Source of the DNA: Solirubrobacterales bacterium
GTDB taxonomy: Bacteria; Actinomycetota; Thermoleophilia; Solirubrobacterales; 70-9
Direction: 5' to 3'
Length of the DNA stretch: 52,198 nucleotides
Assembly: GCA_035558995.1 (NCBI GenBank)
Contig: DATMBY010000298.1
Coordinates: 1 to 52,198, forward strand
Below are positions 1 through 9,295 of this stretch, piece after piece. The position numbers and the translations under genes are program-made. The notes beneath the pieces are model-generated. The model worked only from the letters and a program-made list of their open reading frames with translations, made no database searches and had not been told where the DNA came from. Numbering within the stretch: position 1 is the first letter of the stretch; each line of letters opens with the position of its first letter.

Positions 1-1998
1 GAGCAGCCCCTCGGCGACCCAGACCGCGGTGTCGGCCTCGATCAGCTCGCGGCCCAGCTCGGCCGCCCGCGACCACTCGCCGCGCTCGCGGAGGACGTAG
101 ACGAGGCAGGTGACGCAGGCGACCTCGGTCCCGGCGTCGCCGTCGGTGCGGCAGAGGTCAAGGGCGGTGTCGAGCGCCTCCTCGGCCTGGCGGTAGTCGG
201 CGCCGTCGTAGAGGACGAGGCTGAGCCGCTGGTAGAGCTCGGCGGCGACGGGAGTCAGGTCGTGCTCGAAGGCGAGGGCGAGGCCACTGCGGACGGAATT
301 CAGCCCGCGCTCGAAGTCGCCTCCCTTGGCCTCGACGACCCCGCGGAGGCCGAGGACGCGGGCGTCGATGTCGATCCGTTCCGCGGCCCGCGCCTCCTGC
401 GCGGCGACCTCGGCCAGCTCGATCGCCTCGCTGTAGCGGCCGCCGCGCCGGTGGTGGTCGGCCATCGCCAGCCGCTCCAGGGCGGCTTCGGCGGGACAGT
501 CGGCGGCGGCGAAGGCATCGGCGGCGAGGCGCCGCGCCGCGAAGGCCTGATCGCGTTCGCCGCCGAGGTCGTAGACGGCGGCGAGGCGGCGCTGCGCCTC
601 GGCGTAGCCGAGCCCGTCGCCCTGGCGGTCGCAGCCGGCCGCCAGCTCCCGCCACGCTTTCGTCGCCTCGGCGAGCTCGCCGACTAGCTCCGCGCAGCGC
701 CCGTAGCGCTCCAGCGTCTCCGCCCGCAGCTCCTCCGCCTCGTCCTCGGGCCAGAGCTCGAGCGCCTCGCGTGCGGCCCGCACCGCGTCGCGGTGGGCGT
801 GGACGGCCTCCGACTCCCGGCCCGCCCGGACCAGCGCCTCGCGTGCGCGTGCGTCCTCCCCGGCGCCCCGCCACTGGGTCGCGATCTCGAGGCTGGAGCC
901 GCCCGCTCCCTCGAGCAGCTCGGCGAGCCTGCGATGGAGGTCGCGGCAGCGGACCCACGGCACCTCGGCGTAGAGGGCTTCCTGGGCGAGGGCGTGGCGG
1001 AACGTCGCCTGCCCCGTGTCGGGCTCCTCCAGCAGCCCGGCCTCGACGAGCTCGGCGAGGCCGCTGGCGGGGACGAGCTCGGCGGCGAGGGAGAGGTCGA
1101 TCTGGGGGCCGATGACGGCCGCGGTCTCGGCGGCTTCGCGGGCCTCGGGCGAGAGGGCGGAGATGCCGACGAGGACCGCTTCGCGGATCGAGTCCGGAAC
1201 CGGGACCTCGTCCTGCTCTGCCAGCTCGAGGCCGCGCCGGCCCGGCCGCAGCGCCTTCCGCGCCTGCAGGGCGCCGATCAGCTCCTCGACGAAGAAGGGG
1301 GATCCCATGGTGCGGTCGTGAACCGTCCGGACCAGGGCCGGCGAGGGCTCCTCCGGCAGCAGCTCTCCGATCAGCTCGCCGACGGCGGGCCGGTCGAGCG
1401 GCTCCAGGGTCAGCTCGCTCAGGTTGCCGCCGCGCCGCAGCTCGTTGCGCAGCCAGCGCAGGCGGTGGTCGCGCGGCAGCCCATCGGAGCGGTAGGCGGC
1501 GACCACGAGGACGGAGAGATGCCGCAGCGGCTCGGCCATGGCCGCCAGCAGCTCCAGCGTCGTCTCGTCGGACCACTGCAGGTCGTCGAGGACGACGATC
1601 GCCGGCTGCTTGGCGCTGAGGTGGGCGAAGGCGCAGCGGACGGCCTCGAAGATCGTGCTGCGTTCGCTCTCCGCCGCCGGCTCGCCGAGCTCGGGGAGGA
1701 GGAGGGAGAGGTGGGGGAGGAGCGGCCCGCAGTCGTCGAGCGCCTGCGGATCGACCCGCAGCCGCGAGCGCAGCGCGTCGACGATCGGCCCGTAGGAGAC
1801 GGTCACCCCGTTTGACGCCGCCCCCCGCAGGACCACATCGAACCCATCGGTCGCCGCCTCGGCCAAGCTGCTCTTGCCGACCCCGGCCTCGCCGGCGAGG
1901 AGGACGATCGAACCGTTGCCGAGCCGCGCCTGCTCGGCCGCATTACGCAAGAGGGCGAGCTCGTCCGCCCGCCCGACCAGGGGAGTCCGCTCGCTCAT
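1..1998 (-). CDS. Large ATP-binding (AAA/STAND-type) regulator with TPR-like repeats; N-terminal 666 codons, 3' end beyond the left window edge
   Basis: Hand translation of the reverse strand from ATG (cat at 1996-1998): MSERTPLVGRADELALLRNAAEQARLGNGSIVLLAGEAGVGKSSLAE (Walker A), AIVVLDDLQWSDE (Walker B), then Ala/Leu/Glu-rich TPR-like repeats. The frame is open to position 1. It is not in the ORF track because it has no stop in the window. Listed ORFs 158..1576(-) and 793..1815(+) are other frames of it. Confidence 0.8.
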   Translation of the reverse strand, partial: MSERTPLVGRADELALLRNAAEQARLGNGSIVLLAGEAGVGKSSLAEAATDGFDVVLRGAASNGVTVSYGPIVDALRSRLRVDPQALDDCGPLLPHLSLLLPELGEPAAESERSTIFEAVRCAFAHLSAKQPAIVVLDDLQWSDETTLELLAAMAEPLRHLSVLVVAAYRSDGLPRDHRLRWLRNELRRGGNLSELTLEPLDRPAVGELIGELLPEEPSPALVRTVHDRTMGSPFFVEELIGALQARKALRPGRRGLELAEQDEVPVPDSIREAVLVGISALSPEAREAAETAAVIGPQIDLSLAAELVPASGLAELVEAGLLEEPDTGQATFRHALAQEALYAEVPWVRCRDLHRRLAELLEGAGGSSLEIATQWRGAGEDARAREALVRAGRESEAVHAHRDAVRAAREALELWPEDEAEELRAETLERYGRCAELVGELAEATKAWRELAAGCDRQGDGLGYAEAQRRLAAVYDLGGERDQAFAARRLAADAFAAADCPAEAALERLAMADHHRRGGRYSEAIELAEVAAQEARAAERIDIDARVLGLRGVVEAKGGDFERGLNSVRSGLALAFEHDLTPVAAELYQRLSLVLYDGADYRQAEEALDTALDLCRTDGDAGTEVACVTCLVYVLRERGEWSRAAELGRELIEADTAVWVAEGLL

Positions 1999-2079
1999 CG
2001 GGTCAGTCTAGGCGCGAGATGAGGCGCTTTCGTGAACCAGGGGTCCACCAAAGCGCCTCGCGCGCGGGAGTTGCCGACG

Positions 2080-2373
2080 CTAGTTCGCCGCGGGGGCCGG
2101 GTCGGGGCGGACCACGACCGTCTCGAGGATCGGGACGATCTCGTCGCAGGGCAGGCCCGCGGCCTCGGCGTGGGCGCGGATGGTCTCCGGGCTCTCGCCT
2201 TCGTAGACGCAGAACGTGCCGACCTCGCCGCTCTCCTCGCCGAGCGCGTAGCTGCGGATCCACCGCACGCCCGAGCCCGGTTCGTCGCCGACTTCGGCCG
2301 ATTTCTTCCCGGCTACTTCCAGGTCCGCCGGGGTCCGCCATCCGTTGCGGCGAAAGATTCCATAGAGCTGCAT
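2080..2373 (-). CDS. DUF4242-family small protein
   Basis: Internal Met of track ORF 2080..2502: MQLYGIFRRNGWRTPADLEVAGKKSAEVG...VRWIRSYALGEESGEVGTFCVYEGESPETIRAHAEAAGLPCDEIVPI, typical of DUF4242 proteins. GGAGG lies 7 nt upstream of ATG 2373. Confidence 0.7.
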   Translation of the reverse strand: MQLYGIFRRNGWRTPADLEVAGKKSAEVGDEPGSGVRWIRSYALGEESGEVGTFCVYEGESPETIRAHAEAAGLPCDEIVPILETVVVRPDPAPAAN

Positions 2374-2536
2374 TTGATGCCTCCGATTCGGTGTTTGACG
2401 TTGCCAACCCAACTTAGGCGCGAAAAAGAGGCCGCGCATCAGTGAAGTTGCCGTATTTTCGCCTCGGGCATGCCGTAATCGGCTACGGAGGATGCCGCGC
2501 ACCCGGCGGGAGGTGGCCCCGCCCTCGGGTTTCGCC

Positions 2537-3847
2537 CTATGGTCGGCTGAGTTGGGAGCGGACGAAAAGGGAAACGGCGAGGGAGACGGCCAGCGCGATT
2601 AGGACCAGGAACGCTCGAGCTTCTCCGGAAGCGGAGAAGAGGCCGATGATCGTCGCCAGGGTAGTCAGGACTACAAGTCCGGAGCCGTAGACCTGGAGGT
2701 TTGCCAGCGCTTCGGCTTGCGCATCTTCGGCGCGGCGATGTTGTTGGGCGCTGTAGGTGGCCAGATCGCCCTCGAGGTCGTCGAAGAGGCGCTCGGTCCC
2801 CAGTTCGTCGCGAAGTCTCGAGAGAAGCTCCTGCGGCACCTCGGTACTGGTCGAAAGCTGCGACCACCAGACTGAATTCCGAAACGAGAGCCAGTCTCGG
2901 TGAAGGTCCTCGATTTCGGGCTTGAGGGGATCGCCGACCTCGGCGAGGCGATGCTGGAAATCCTCGAGACACTCCTGTTGCAGGAGGCCGAAGACGAGAC
3001 TCTCGGACCAGTAGGAACGGAGGTTGCGGGCGTAGGCGCCGTCGATGGGTCCGTCCACCGTGAAGGCGGTGCAGTTGCCGAGGACCAGTCCGGTTGCTCC
3101 CGCGTAGTGGACGGTCTGCCGGTCCTCCTTCTCCTGGTACTGCTTGCTCCACGCCCTCACCTTGGCTGAGCCGCGGCGTTTGGCGAGCGCTCGCCGCCAC
3201 GTCTGTTCATCGACGGAACAGCCACCGGGTGGCGGATACTCGGCCATCAGCACCGTGTAGAGGCTCTGCTCGAGATGGCGATGTGGGTCGCCGAACATCT
3301 CCTCGACCAAGGCGCGAACGGGGCGGGACGGGTCCAGGTCCTTGCCCCCGAGCGTCATCCGCAGCGGTTCCTTCCCGCGACGAAGCCCCGTCCGCAGCGC
3401 CCATCCCCACCAGAGTGCGTCCGGCGACGCCTCGCCGTCTGCGGCGGGTTCCAGCGACAGATGGATGAGACCGAAGGTACAGCCTGGCTTCAGGGGGGTA
3501 GTTACCCGCTCCAGCAGGTCGATGCGAGCGCGCCGCGATCTCCCGTCTCGTCGGTAGTGATCGAGGTGGAGCTCGTCGGGGCAGCAGAGCAAACGAGCCC
3601 CACGTTTGTTGCCAACGGGGAAGAGCAACTGGCTGACGTGAGCGCTGAAGTACGGCCATTCGTCTTCCCCCGGGAAGCGCTTGAAGGGGGGCACGCTCGT
3701 CGGGCTGGTGGGGGCGGCCTCACTGAGCCCGTCCGGTTCGGCGCCGACCGCTCGATCCCAAGGGTGCCAGCAAAGGTCGCCTTCGACAGGATGAGCCGAC
3801 TCGAGTCGGACGATCAGGACGGCCAATGCGTCGCAGCTGATGCCCAC
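2537..3847 (-). CDS. Hypothetical protein, 436 aa: soluble N-terminal region, coiled-coil-like segment, two C-terminal TM helices
   Basis: Long ORF with ordinary amino-acid composition. C-terminus is GSGLVVLTTLATIIGLFSA-SGEARA-FLVLIALAVSLAVSLFV. I recognise no family motif. Visibly less GC-rich than the core genes. Confidence 0.7.
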   Translation of the reverse strand: MGISCDALAVLIVRLESAHPVEGDLCWHPWDRAVGAEPDGLSEAAPTSPTSVPPFKRFPGEDEWPYFSAHVSQLLFPVGNKRGARLLCCPDELHLDHYRRDGRSRRARIDLLERVTTPLKPGCTFGLIHLSLEPAADGEASPDALWWGWALRTGLRRGKEPLRMTLGGKDLDPSRPVRALVEEMFGDPHRHLEQSLYTVLMAEYPPPGGCSVDEQTWRRALAKRRGSAKVRAWSKQYQEKEDRQTVHYAGATGLVLGNCTAFTVDGPIDGAYARNLRSYWSESLVFGLLQQECLEDFQHRLAEVGDPLKPEIEDLHRDWLSFRNSVWWSQLSTSTEVPQELLSRLRDELGTERLFDDLEGDLATYSAQQHRRAEDAQAEALANLQVYGSGLVVLTTLATIIGLFSASGEARAFLVLIALAVSLAVSLFVRSQLSRP

Positions 3848-3909
3848 TCGAGTGAGTTACGTCAAATCAGACCAATTCCCTCCAGCGAAACTTCCACTTT
3901 CGCCCAATT

Positions 3910-3954
3910 CGATGCCGGAGGAGGGACTCGAACCCCCGACACGCGGATTATGAT
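3910..3954 (-). repeat. att site (displaced 3' fragment of tRNA(CAT)), distal end of the element
   Basis: cgatgccggaggagggactcgaacccccgacacgcggattatgat is identical to 19711-19755. The sequences diverge immediately after (cgaggg vs tccgct). Confidence 0.9.
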
Positions 3955-4040
3955 CGAGGGCGATTGTTAAGGATTTCGCTCTGATAAGCGGAATCCCGTC
4001 CGGTTAGTGCAGTCCAGTTGGGCCTGTTTTTGCCTAGTCG

Positions 4041-4060
4041 GGGACACATCTCGGGACACA
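4041..4060 (+). promoter_or_regulatory. Two direct GGGACACA repeats (candidate arm-type integrase/Xis binding sites)
   Basis: gggacacatctcgggacaca, ~90 bp inside the att repeat and upstream of int. The same motif pair occurs at 19646-19666 near the other att site. Confidence 0.4.
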
Positions 4061-4094
4061 TTTTCAGTCCGAAGGAGGGCGCTACCCTCGGTTC

Positions 4095-5375
4095 ATGGCG
4101 TCGTCCTCGATCCATTTCCGCGAAGCACCGGTTAGCGGCCATGTCTTCCGCAAGGCCCGCAAGTCGGGCGACCGCTGGATGGCGAAGTGGCGAGATGGCG
4201 AGGGTCAGCATCAGGTCGTCCTCGGCCGAGTCTGGACGAAGCGGGGAAGACCCCCGGAGGGCTCCCTGACGAAGCAGGGCGCGCAGCGCGAGCTGGACGC
4301 GATCCTCGCCGACGCCAGGCGGAGCAACCTGACGAGCCGCCCCCGCCGCTCCAGCACGGTCACGTTCGGCGAGGCCGCACGAGAGTGGCTGCGCTACGTC
4401 GAGCACGACCGCAAGCGCCGCGCCTCGACCGTCAACGACTACCGCTGGATCGTGGAGCGGCGACTGCTGCCGGAGTTCGGATCGGCGACCTTGGAGTCGA
4501 TCACGACCCAGCGGATCGACGCATGGCGGTCAGGACTCGTCGCTGCTGGCGGCCTTGAAGATGGAGAAGCCCTGTCGGCGCGGACCATCAACAAGTACCT
4601 CGGTGTGATGCACAGCATCTTGAAACGCGCCCAGCGCGTCTACGGGCTCGCCGCCAACGCGGCGGCCTGGGCCGAGCGCCAGCCGGTCACTCGCTCCGGT
4701 GACTTCAACGTCCTATCGGCGCTGGAGGTCGAGGCGCTGGCGCGTGCTGCCCGTGAGGGGCGGCACCGCAAACCGCCGAAGCACGCCACTGGGGCCAATT
4801 GGCGAGCGAAGTTGCGCGAGCAAGATGAGCAGGACGCCGCGATCTTCCTCACCGCCGCCTACGCCGGTCTTCGGCTCGGCGAGCTCCGCAGTCTGCGCTG
4901 GCGCGATCTCGATTTCGGGAAGCGCTTGATCCACGTCCGGCACTCCTACGTGATGCGGACGGAGGACGTGCCGAAGTCCGGTCGCGTGCGCAGCGTCCCG
5001 ATGATCGACCAGGTCGCCGTGGCGCTCGACCAGCTGAGCCGTCGACCGGCGTGGACGGGCGACGATGATCTCGTCTTCGTCAACCCTGCCGGCGAGCACA
5101 TCGAGGACAGCGCTCTCCGCCGCCGCTTCTACGCCGCCCTAAAAGCTGCGGACCTCAAGCACCTTCGCTTCCACGACCTCCGCCACAGCTTCGGCACCCT
5201 CGCCGTCCAGGTCTTCCCGCTGACCGACGTGAAGGCGTACATGGGCCACGCCGACATCGCGACGACGATGATTTACGTCCATCACGTCCCGCGAGTGGAT
5301 GCCGCCGAAAAACTGTCGAGTGCCCTGCGGGCTTCAACTGCTCCGGCGCCCTCGGGTGAGCTAATAGCGGCATAG
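4095..5375 (+). CDS. int: Tyrosine recombinase / phage-type integrase
   Basis: C-terminal catalytic signature: LRLGELRSLRWRDLD (Arg), HDLRHSFGTLAV (HxxR), MGHADIATTMIYVH (Tyr). Sits next to the att repeat. Confidence 0.9.
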   Translation: MASSSIHFREAPVSGHVFRKARKSGDRWMAKWRDGEGQHQVVLGRVWTKRGRPPEGSLTKQGAQRELDAILADARRSNLTSRPRRSSTVTFGEAAREWLRYVEHDRKRRASTVNDYRWIVERRLLPEFGSATLESITTQRIDAWRSGLVAAGGLEDGEALSARTINKYLGVMHSILKRAQRVYGLAANAAAWAERQPVTRSGDFNVLSALEVEALARAAREGRHRKPPKHATGANWRAKLREQDEQDAAIFLTAAYAGLRLGELRSLRWRDLDFGKRLIHVRHSYVMRTEDVPKSGRVRSVPMIDQVAVALDQLSRRPAWTGDDDLVFVNPAGEHIEDSALRRRFYAALKAADLKHLRFHDLRHSFGTLAVQVFPLTDVKAYMGHADIATTMIYVHHVPRVDAAEKLSSALRASTAPAPSGELIAA

Positions 5376-5573
5376 TTAGGCGGCAAGGAAGCTTCCGATG
5401 TCCCCGCATTGCCTTGACTCCGTCCGAGGTGGCGGGCCGCCATCGAGAGACTGAACGGACTTCAGGCTGCTCTTTCCGAGCTTCGCAGACGGCTGCGCTG
5501 TCCGCGACGAATGGAATCTTCTTTAGATGCCTAAGGGAGCGGAAAGACTCGACCGGTCCATTAAGTTGAGGAT

Positions 5574-6545
5574 ATGCCGGGTCGAGAGCTAAAGCAGCTA
5601 TTCAAGGCTTACAGGGAGGGCGATGAGCTCGCCTTTCGCCGTGCTGCGCAGGAAATCATCGAGGACGAGGAGTCCAAGCAGCACATGGCCTTGGCGCGGG
5701 ACCTGCGAAAAATCATCGCGGGTGGCTCTGGTGCTGCAGTGGCAGAGGGGGTGGCTTTACCGGCGCCGCCGATGGACCGAGAGGGAGACTGGCCGCTTGC
5801 GGAGATTCGACACCCCGAGCAGGCCCTTTCCGAGCTGGTGCTTCCTGGGCCCCTACTTGAGCGGCTCCATGGTCTCGCAGCCGAGTTTGCCCGTTGGGAC
5901 GATCTGGATCGGCACTTCATCCCTCGTCGTCAACGTCTGCTGTTTTACGGACCGCCAGGGTGCGGGAAGACGACCGCTGCGGAGGCGATTGCCGCTGAGC
6001 TGGGGCTACCCCTGTTGATAATTCGCCTCGACGCTGTCGTTTCTTCCTACCTTGGCGAGACTGCGTCGAACCTCCATCGGGTTTTTGACTATGCCCGCTC
6101 GGGCTCCTGGGTTCTTCTATTTGACGAGTTTGATGCCCTGGGGAAGGCCCGCGATGATCCCTCTGAGCACGGTGAGATCAAGCGAGTCATTACGGCGTTT
6201 CTTCAGATGCTCGACGGGTTCCGAGGATCGAGCCTTTTGATCGCCGCCACTAACCACGAGCAACTTCTGGATTCGGCATTGTGGCGACGCTTTGACGAGG
6301 TCCTTACTTTCCCTCGCCCCACCGTCCACCAGCTGCGAAAAGTTCTGCGATTGCGACTGCGAGGAACCCAGCATCGAGGTCTAGATATTGAGGCGGCAGC
6401 GAGTGAGTTGAAGGGCCTGCCATATGCGGCCGCCGAGAAGGCGGTCTGGGACGCTCGCCGCAGCGCCTTGTTGTCCGGCCGCTCTGTCGTCGAAGATCGA
6501 GACATCAGCCGCGCCATCGCTGACATCAAGACCCGTCCCTGGTAG
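5574..6545 (+). CDS. ietA: AAA+ ATPase (IetA-like partner of the downstream S8 protease)
   Basis: Walker A GPPGCGKT (5949-5972), Walker B VLLFDEFDALG, LIAATNHEQLLDSALWRRFD. Lies 14 nt upstream of the subtilase gene on the same strand. Confidence 0.75.
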   Translation: MPGRELKQLFKAYREGDELAFRRAAQEIIEDEESKQHMALARDLRKIIAGGSGAAVAEGVALPAPPMDREGDWPLAEIRHPEQALSELVLPGPLLERLHGLAAEFARWDDLDRHFIPRRQRLLFYGPPGCGKTTAAEAIAAELGLPLLIIRLDAVVSSYLGETASNLHRVFDYARSGSWVLLFDEFDALGKARDDPSEHGEIKRVITAFLQMLDGFRGSSLLIAATNHEQLLDSALWRRFDEVLTFPRPTVHQLRKVLRLRLRGTQHRGLDIEAAASELKGLPYAAAEKAVWDARRSALLSGRSVVEDRDISRAIADIKTRPW

Positions 6546-6559
6546 GGGTAGGCAAACCG

Positions 6560-8902
6560 ATGGCCGAACACCTTCCCCTTCCTCCGCGCATTCCTCTGAG
6601 TAGTCGACGACAGCCGGCTCCAGGCGGAGGACCCCGTGCTCCAGAACGCAACCCTCGCCGTCACGGCCAACGACTAGCCCGACAGGTGATGGAGGCCACC
6701 GCATTCTCCTCCGAACTTAGAGTGGTCGAGGGTGTAGATCCTGGGCTGGTCTACAAGATCCGAGCAGCCCACGGGGTCGACGAAGAGAAGTTCACCAGCC
6801 GCGACTTAACCTTCCTTGGCGAGACTGGCGATTTCACCTACTTCGTTTACTCGGGAGAAGAGCCCGACAAATTGATGTCCCAGTTGCGCCGGTATGGCAG
6901 GGGGCCGGATGAAATGGGCGGGAAGGGAGACGGCCGGACGTTCTTCAACGTCTTGGAAGGGATCGAGCCATACGGTCCCGAGGACAGGAAAGGACGCGGG
7001 ATTCCCGAGGATCTGGGGGACCTCGAGGAGCCGGCGGTTGTCGATGTAGTCGCTTGGCCTTCTCATGACAGGACCGAGGCTGAACGCCGGCTTCAGCTGA
7101 TTCGCGCCGTTGTCGAGAGGCTGGGCGGGGAGGAGTTGGCTTCAGATACCCGACGGCAATTCACGGTTCTCCGCGGTCGGCTTCCCCGCAAGACCATCGA
7201 GGGATTGCTTGCGCTGTCGGCGGTAGAAAAACTCAACACGCCTCCGGTTCCTTTCCTGGAGCCCTCCGATTGGATGCAGCGCAGCCTTGATGACCTTGCA
7301 TTTGAGGGCGATGCCGACGGGGAGGCGATCGGTGTTCTCGACGATGGAGTTGCTTCCGGGCACCCGCTGCTCGACGGCCTCGTTGCAAGTGAGCGCTCGT
7401 TTCCCGAGGAACACGAGTGGCAGCCAATTGGTGCCCACGGAACTCTCGTTGCCGGCCTAGCAGCCTACGGCGATTTCGAGGTCCCGCTACGTGATGGACA
7501 TCTTCTAGAGGGTCGGGGGCCGATCCACTGCGCCCGCGTGCTAGAGCCCGATCCAGGTCCTACCACTGCTACGCGGTTTCCTCCTGGCTCCCTCGTTCAC
7601 CGGGTTATTGAAGAAGCGATCCGCACTCTTCATGACGAGGAGGGGGTCCGGGTATTCAACCTCTCCATCGGCTCGGAATATGCCTATTCAGGACCCCATG
7701 TCGCCCTTCCAACCGAGTCTCTCGACTTTCTGATTCGCGAGCTTGGAATCGTGGTGGTCGTCGCAGCTGGCAATCACCCTGTTCATCCAGCCGTCATGAG
7801 CATGGACAGCGGCGGCCACGTCCTCACCGACTACCCCAGCTATACCCTCCACGAGCTTGCCCGGGTTTGCGAGCCTGGTCCAGCGGCCCTCGCTCTAACC
7901 GTGGGCAGCATTGCTCGGTCCGATGCGCCTCAAACGCCAGATGGAACGGCAAGAGTCGGCGACCGTGCCGTCGCAAAAGCGGAAGAGATTTCCCCTTTTT
8001 CACGAACCGGACCCGGCGCGTACAAGGGAGTAAAGCCCGATCTCGTGGAGTACGGCGGCAACTGGGTGGTCAATGACACCGGCAATCTTGATTACGCCAA
8101 CTCAGGCGTCGCCAGCGTCTCGCTGGGGGACGGAGGGGGTCGCCTCTTTGGTCTGGCGGCTGGAACGAGCTTTGCCGCCCCTCGGGTGAGCCGTCTTGCC
8201 GCCGACATCTGGGGCCGATACCCGGATGCGTCGCCAAACCTTGTCCGGGCGCTAATCGGAATTGCCTCGCGGGTTCCACGGGCAGTCGAGGTGCAGTTTC
8301 CAGGGGACGAGGAGCGATTGAGGGCCGTGGGATACGGCCGACCTGTTCCCGAGTTGGCCTTGGACAGCGGCGTGAATCGAGTGGTCATGTACTTCGACGG
8401 TGAGATGGATGCCAATACCGTGGCTGTCCATCCGGTGCCCATTCCGGACTCCTTCGCTCGTGGGCGCTCACAACGTCGAATTTCGGTAGCGCTGGCGTTT
8501 GATCCCCCGGTGCGGCGTCAGCGGCGGGAGTACTTGGCCGGCGAGATGAGTTTTGACTTCCTGCGAAATGTCGAGCCTGACGAGATTGCGGCTCGCTATG
8601 CGCGGCAGGGAGCAGACCGAGTCGACCTTTGGACCGACCGTCACCGCTTGAAGTTGAAGCCGGGCTCCACTCGAACTGCAAGGAGCACGCTGCAAGTGCG
8701 CCGAATCTTCCCGCGCGAACTTCGCGTGGACGATGGTGACACCTACTACCTCGCGGTCAAGCACAAGCCTGCGCCTTGGTCCTCCGGCGGCACGCAGCGA
8801 TACGCGGTTGTCGTTGAGATCGTTGACGAGGAGCGACAGCAGCTGGACATCTACGCGGAGGCGAAACAGCAAATCCAGGTCCGGCCGAGACTGCGGGTCT
8901 AG
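6560..8902 (+). CDS. ietS: S8 (subtilisin-like) serine peptidase, 780 aa (IetS-like)
   Basis: Subtilase triad in canonical order: GVLDDG (D261, 7340-7342), HGTLVAG (H293, 7436-7438), AAGN, GTSFAAP (S537, 8168-8170). No signal peptide is evident, so it is likely cytoplasmic. Confidence 0.8.
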   Translation: MAEHLPLPPRIPLSSRRQPAPGGGPRAPERNPRRHGQRLARQVMEATAFSSELRVVEGVDPGLVYKIRAAHGVDEEKFTSRDLTFLGETGDFTYFVYSGEEPDKLMSQLRRYGRGPDEMGGKGDGRTFFNVLEGIEPYGPEDRKGRGIPEDLGDLEEPAVVDVVAWPSHDRTEAERRLQLIRAVVERLGGEELASDTRRQFTVLRGRLPRKTIEGLLALSAVEKLNTPPVPFLEPSDWMQRSLDDLAFEGDADGEAIGVLDDGVASGHPLLDGLVASERSFPEEHEWQPIGAHGTLVAGLAAYGDFEVPLRDGHLLEGRGPIHCARVLEPDPGPTTATRFPPGSLVHRVIEEAIRTLHDEEGVRVFNLSIGSEYAYSGPHVALPTESLDFLIRELGIVVVVAAGNHPVHPAVMSMDSGGHVLTDYPSYTLHELARVCEPGPAALALTVGSIARSDAPQTPDGTARVGDRAVAKAEEISPFSRTGPGAYKGVKPDLVEYGGNWVVNDTGNLDYANSGVASVSLGDGGGRLFGLAAGTSFAAPRVSRLAADIWGRYPDASPNLVRALIGIASRVPRAVEVQFPGDEERLRAVGYGRPVPELALDSGVNRVVMYFDGEMDANTVAVHPVPIPDSFARGRSQRRISVALAFDPPVRRQRREYLAGEMSFDFLRNVEPDEIAARYARQGADRVDLWTDRHRLKLKPGSTRTARSTLQVRRIFPRELRVDDGDTYYLAVKHKPAPWSSGGTQRYAVVVEIVDEERQQLDIYAEAKQQIQVRPRLRV

Positions 8903-8905
8903 GCC

Positions 8906-9145
8906 TCAGAGAGCTTGCGAACTCTCTGCCATCGCAGAAAGCTCGCTCACAGACACCTTCAGGGCTCCAGCCACCGCTACGACCGTTTCCCAAGTTGGGT
9001 TTGACTGTCCCCGTTCGATTTTCGATAGGTGCCCCACCGTGATCCCAGCTCCGTGAGCTAGGGCTTCCTGCGTCAGACCACGCTCAAGTCGAAGACTTCG
9101 GATAGCCCGACCGAGGGCGACCCTGGGTTTCTCGTTACGAGGCAT
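8906..9145 (-). CDS. XRE-family helix-turn-helix transcriptional regulator
   Basis: LGRAIRSLRLERGLTQEALAHGAGITVGHLSKIERGQSNPTWETVVAVAGAL is a classic Cro/C1 HTH. Confidence 0.85.
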   Translation of the reverse strand: MPRNEKPRVALGRAIRSLRLERGLTQEALAHGAGITVGHLSKIERGQSNPTWETVVAVAGALKVSVSELSAMAESSQAL

Positions 9146-9188
9146 TACAGGACATTCTCAAAGACAGGTGGCTTGGACCATATTTCCG

Positions 9189-9200
9189 AGCACTTGTGCT
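9189..9200. promoter_or_regulatory. Small inverted repeat AGCAC-TT-GTGCT in the divergent promoter region (candidate operator)
   Basis: Seen between the divergently oriented XRE gene (8906..9145) and the 9296.. operon. Confidence 0.25.
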
Positions 9201-9295
9201 TTAGGATTGGTTCCGCTAGCGTCATGAAGACGAAAACAAGCGCCCCCGCGCTGCGCTAACAGCCGGGGGCATGGCACAAGGAGCGTGAACTCCCT

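Noticed and set aside
158-1815. ORFs 158..1576(-) 472 aa and 793..1815(+) 340 aa
   Set aside because: Both are alternative frames of the real minus-strand gene 1..1998, which has Walker A/B and TPR motifs. The listed translations are Arg/Pro/Gly-rich with no motifs.
2490-2536. GC hairpin CCCGGCGGG...CCCGCCctCGGG followed by ttt, downstream of the 436-aa gene
   Set aside because: The T-run is on the wrong strand for the minus-strand gene it follows, and the stem is bulged. This is not convincing as a terminator.
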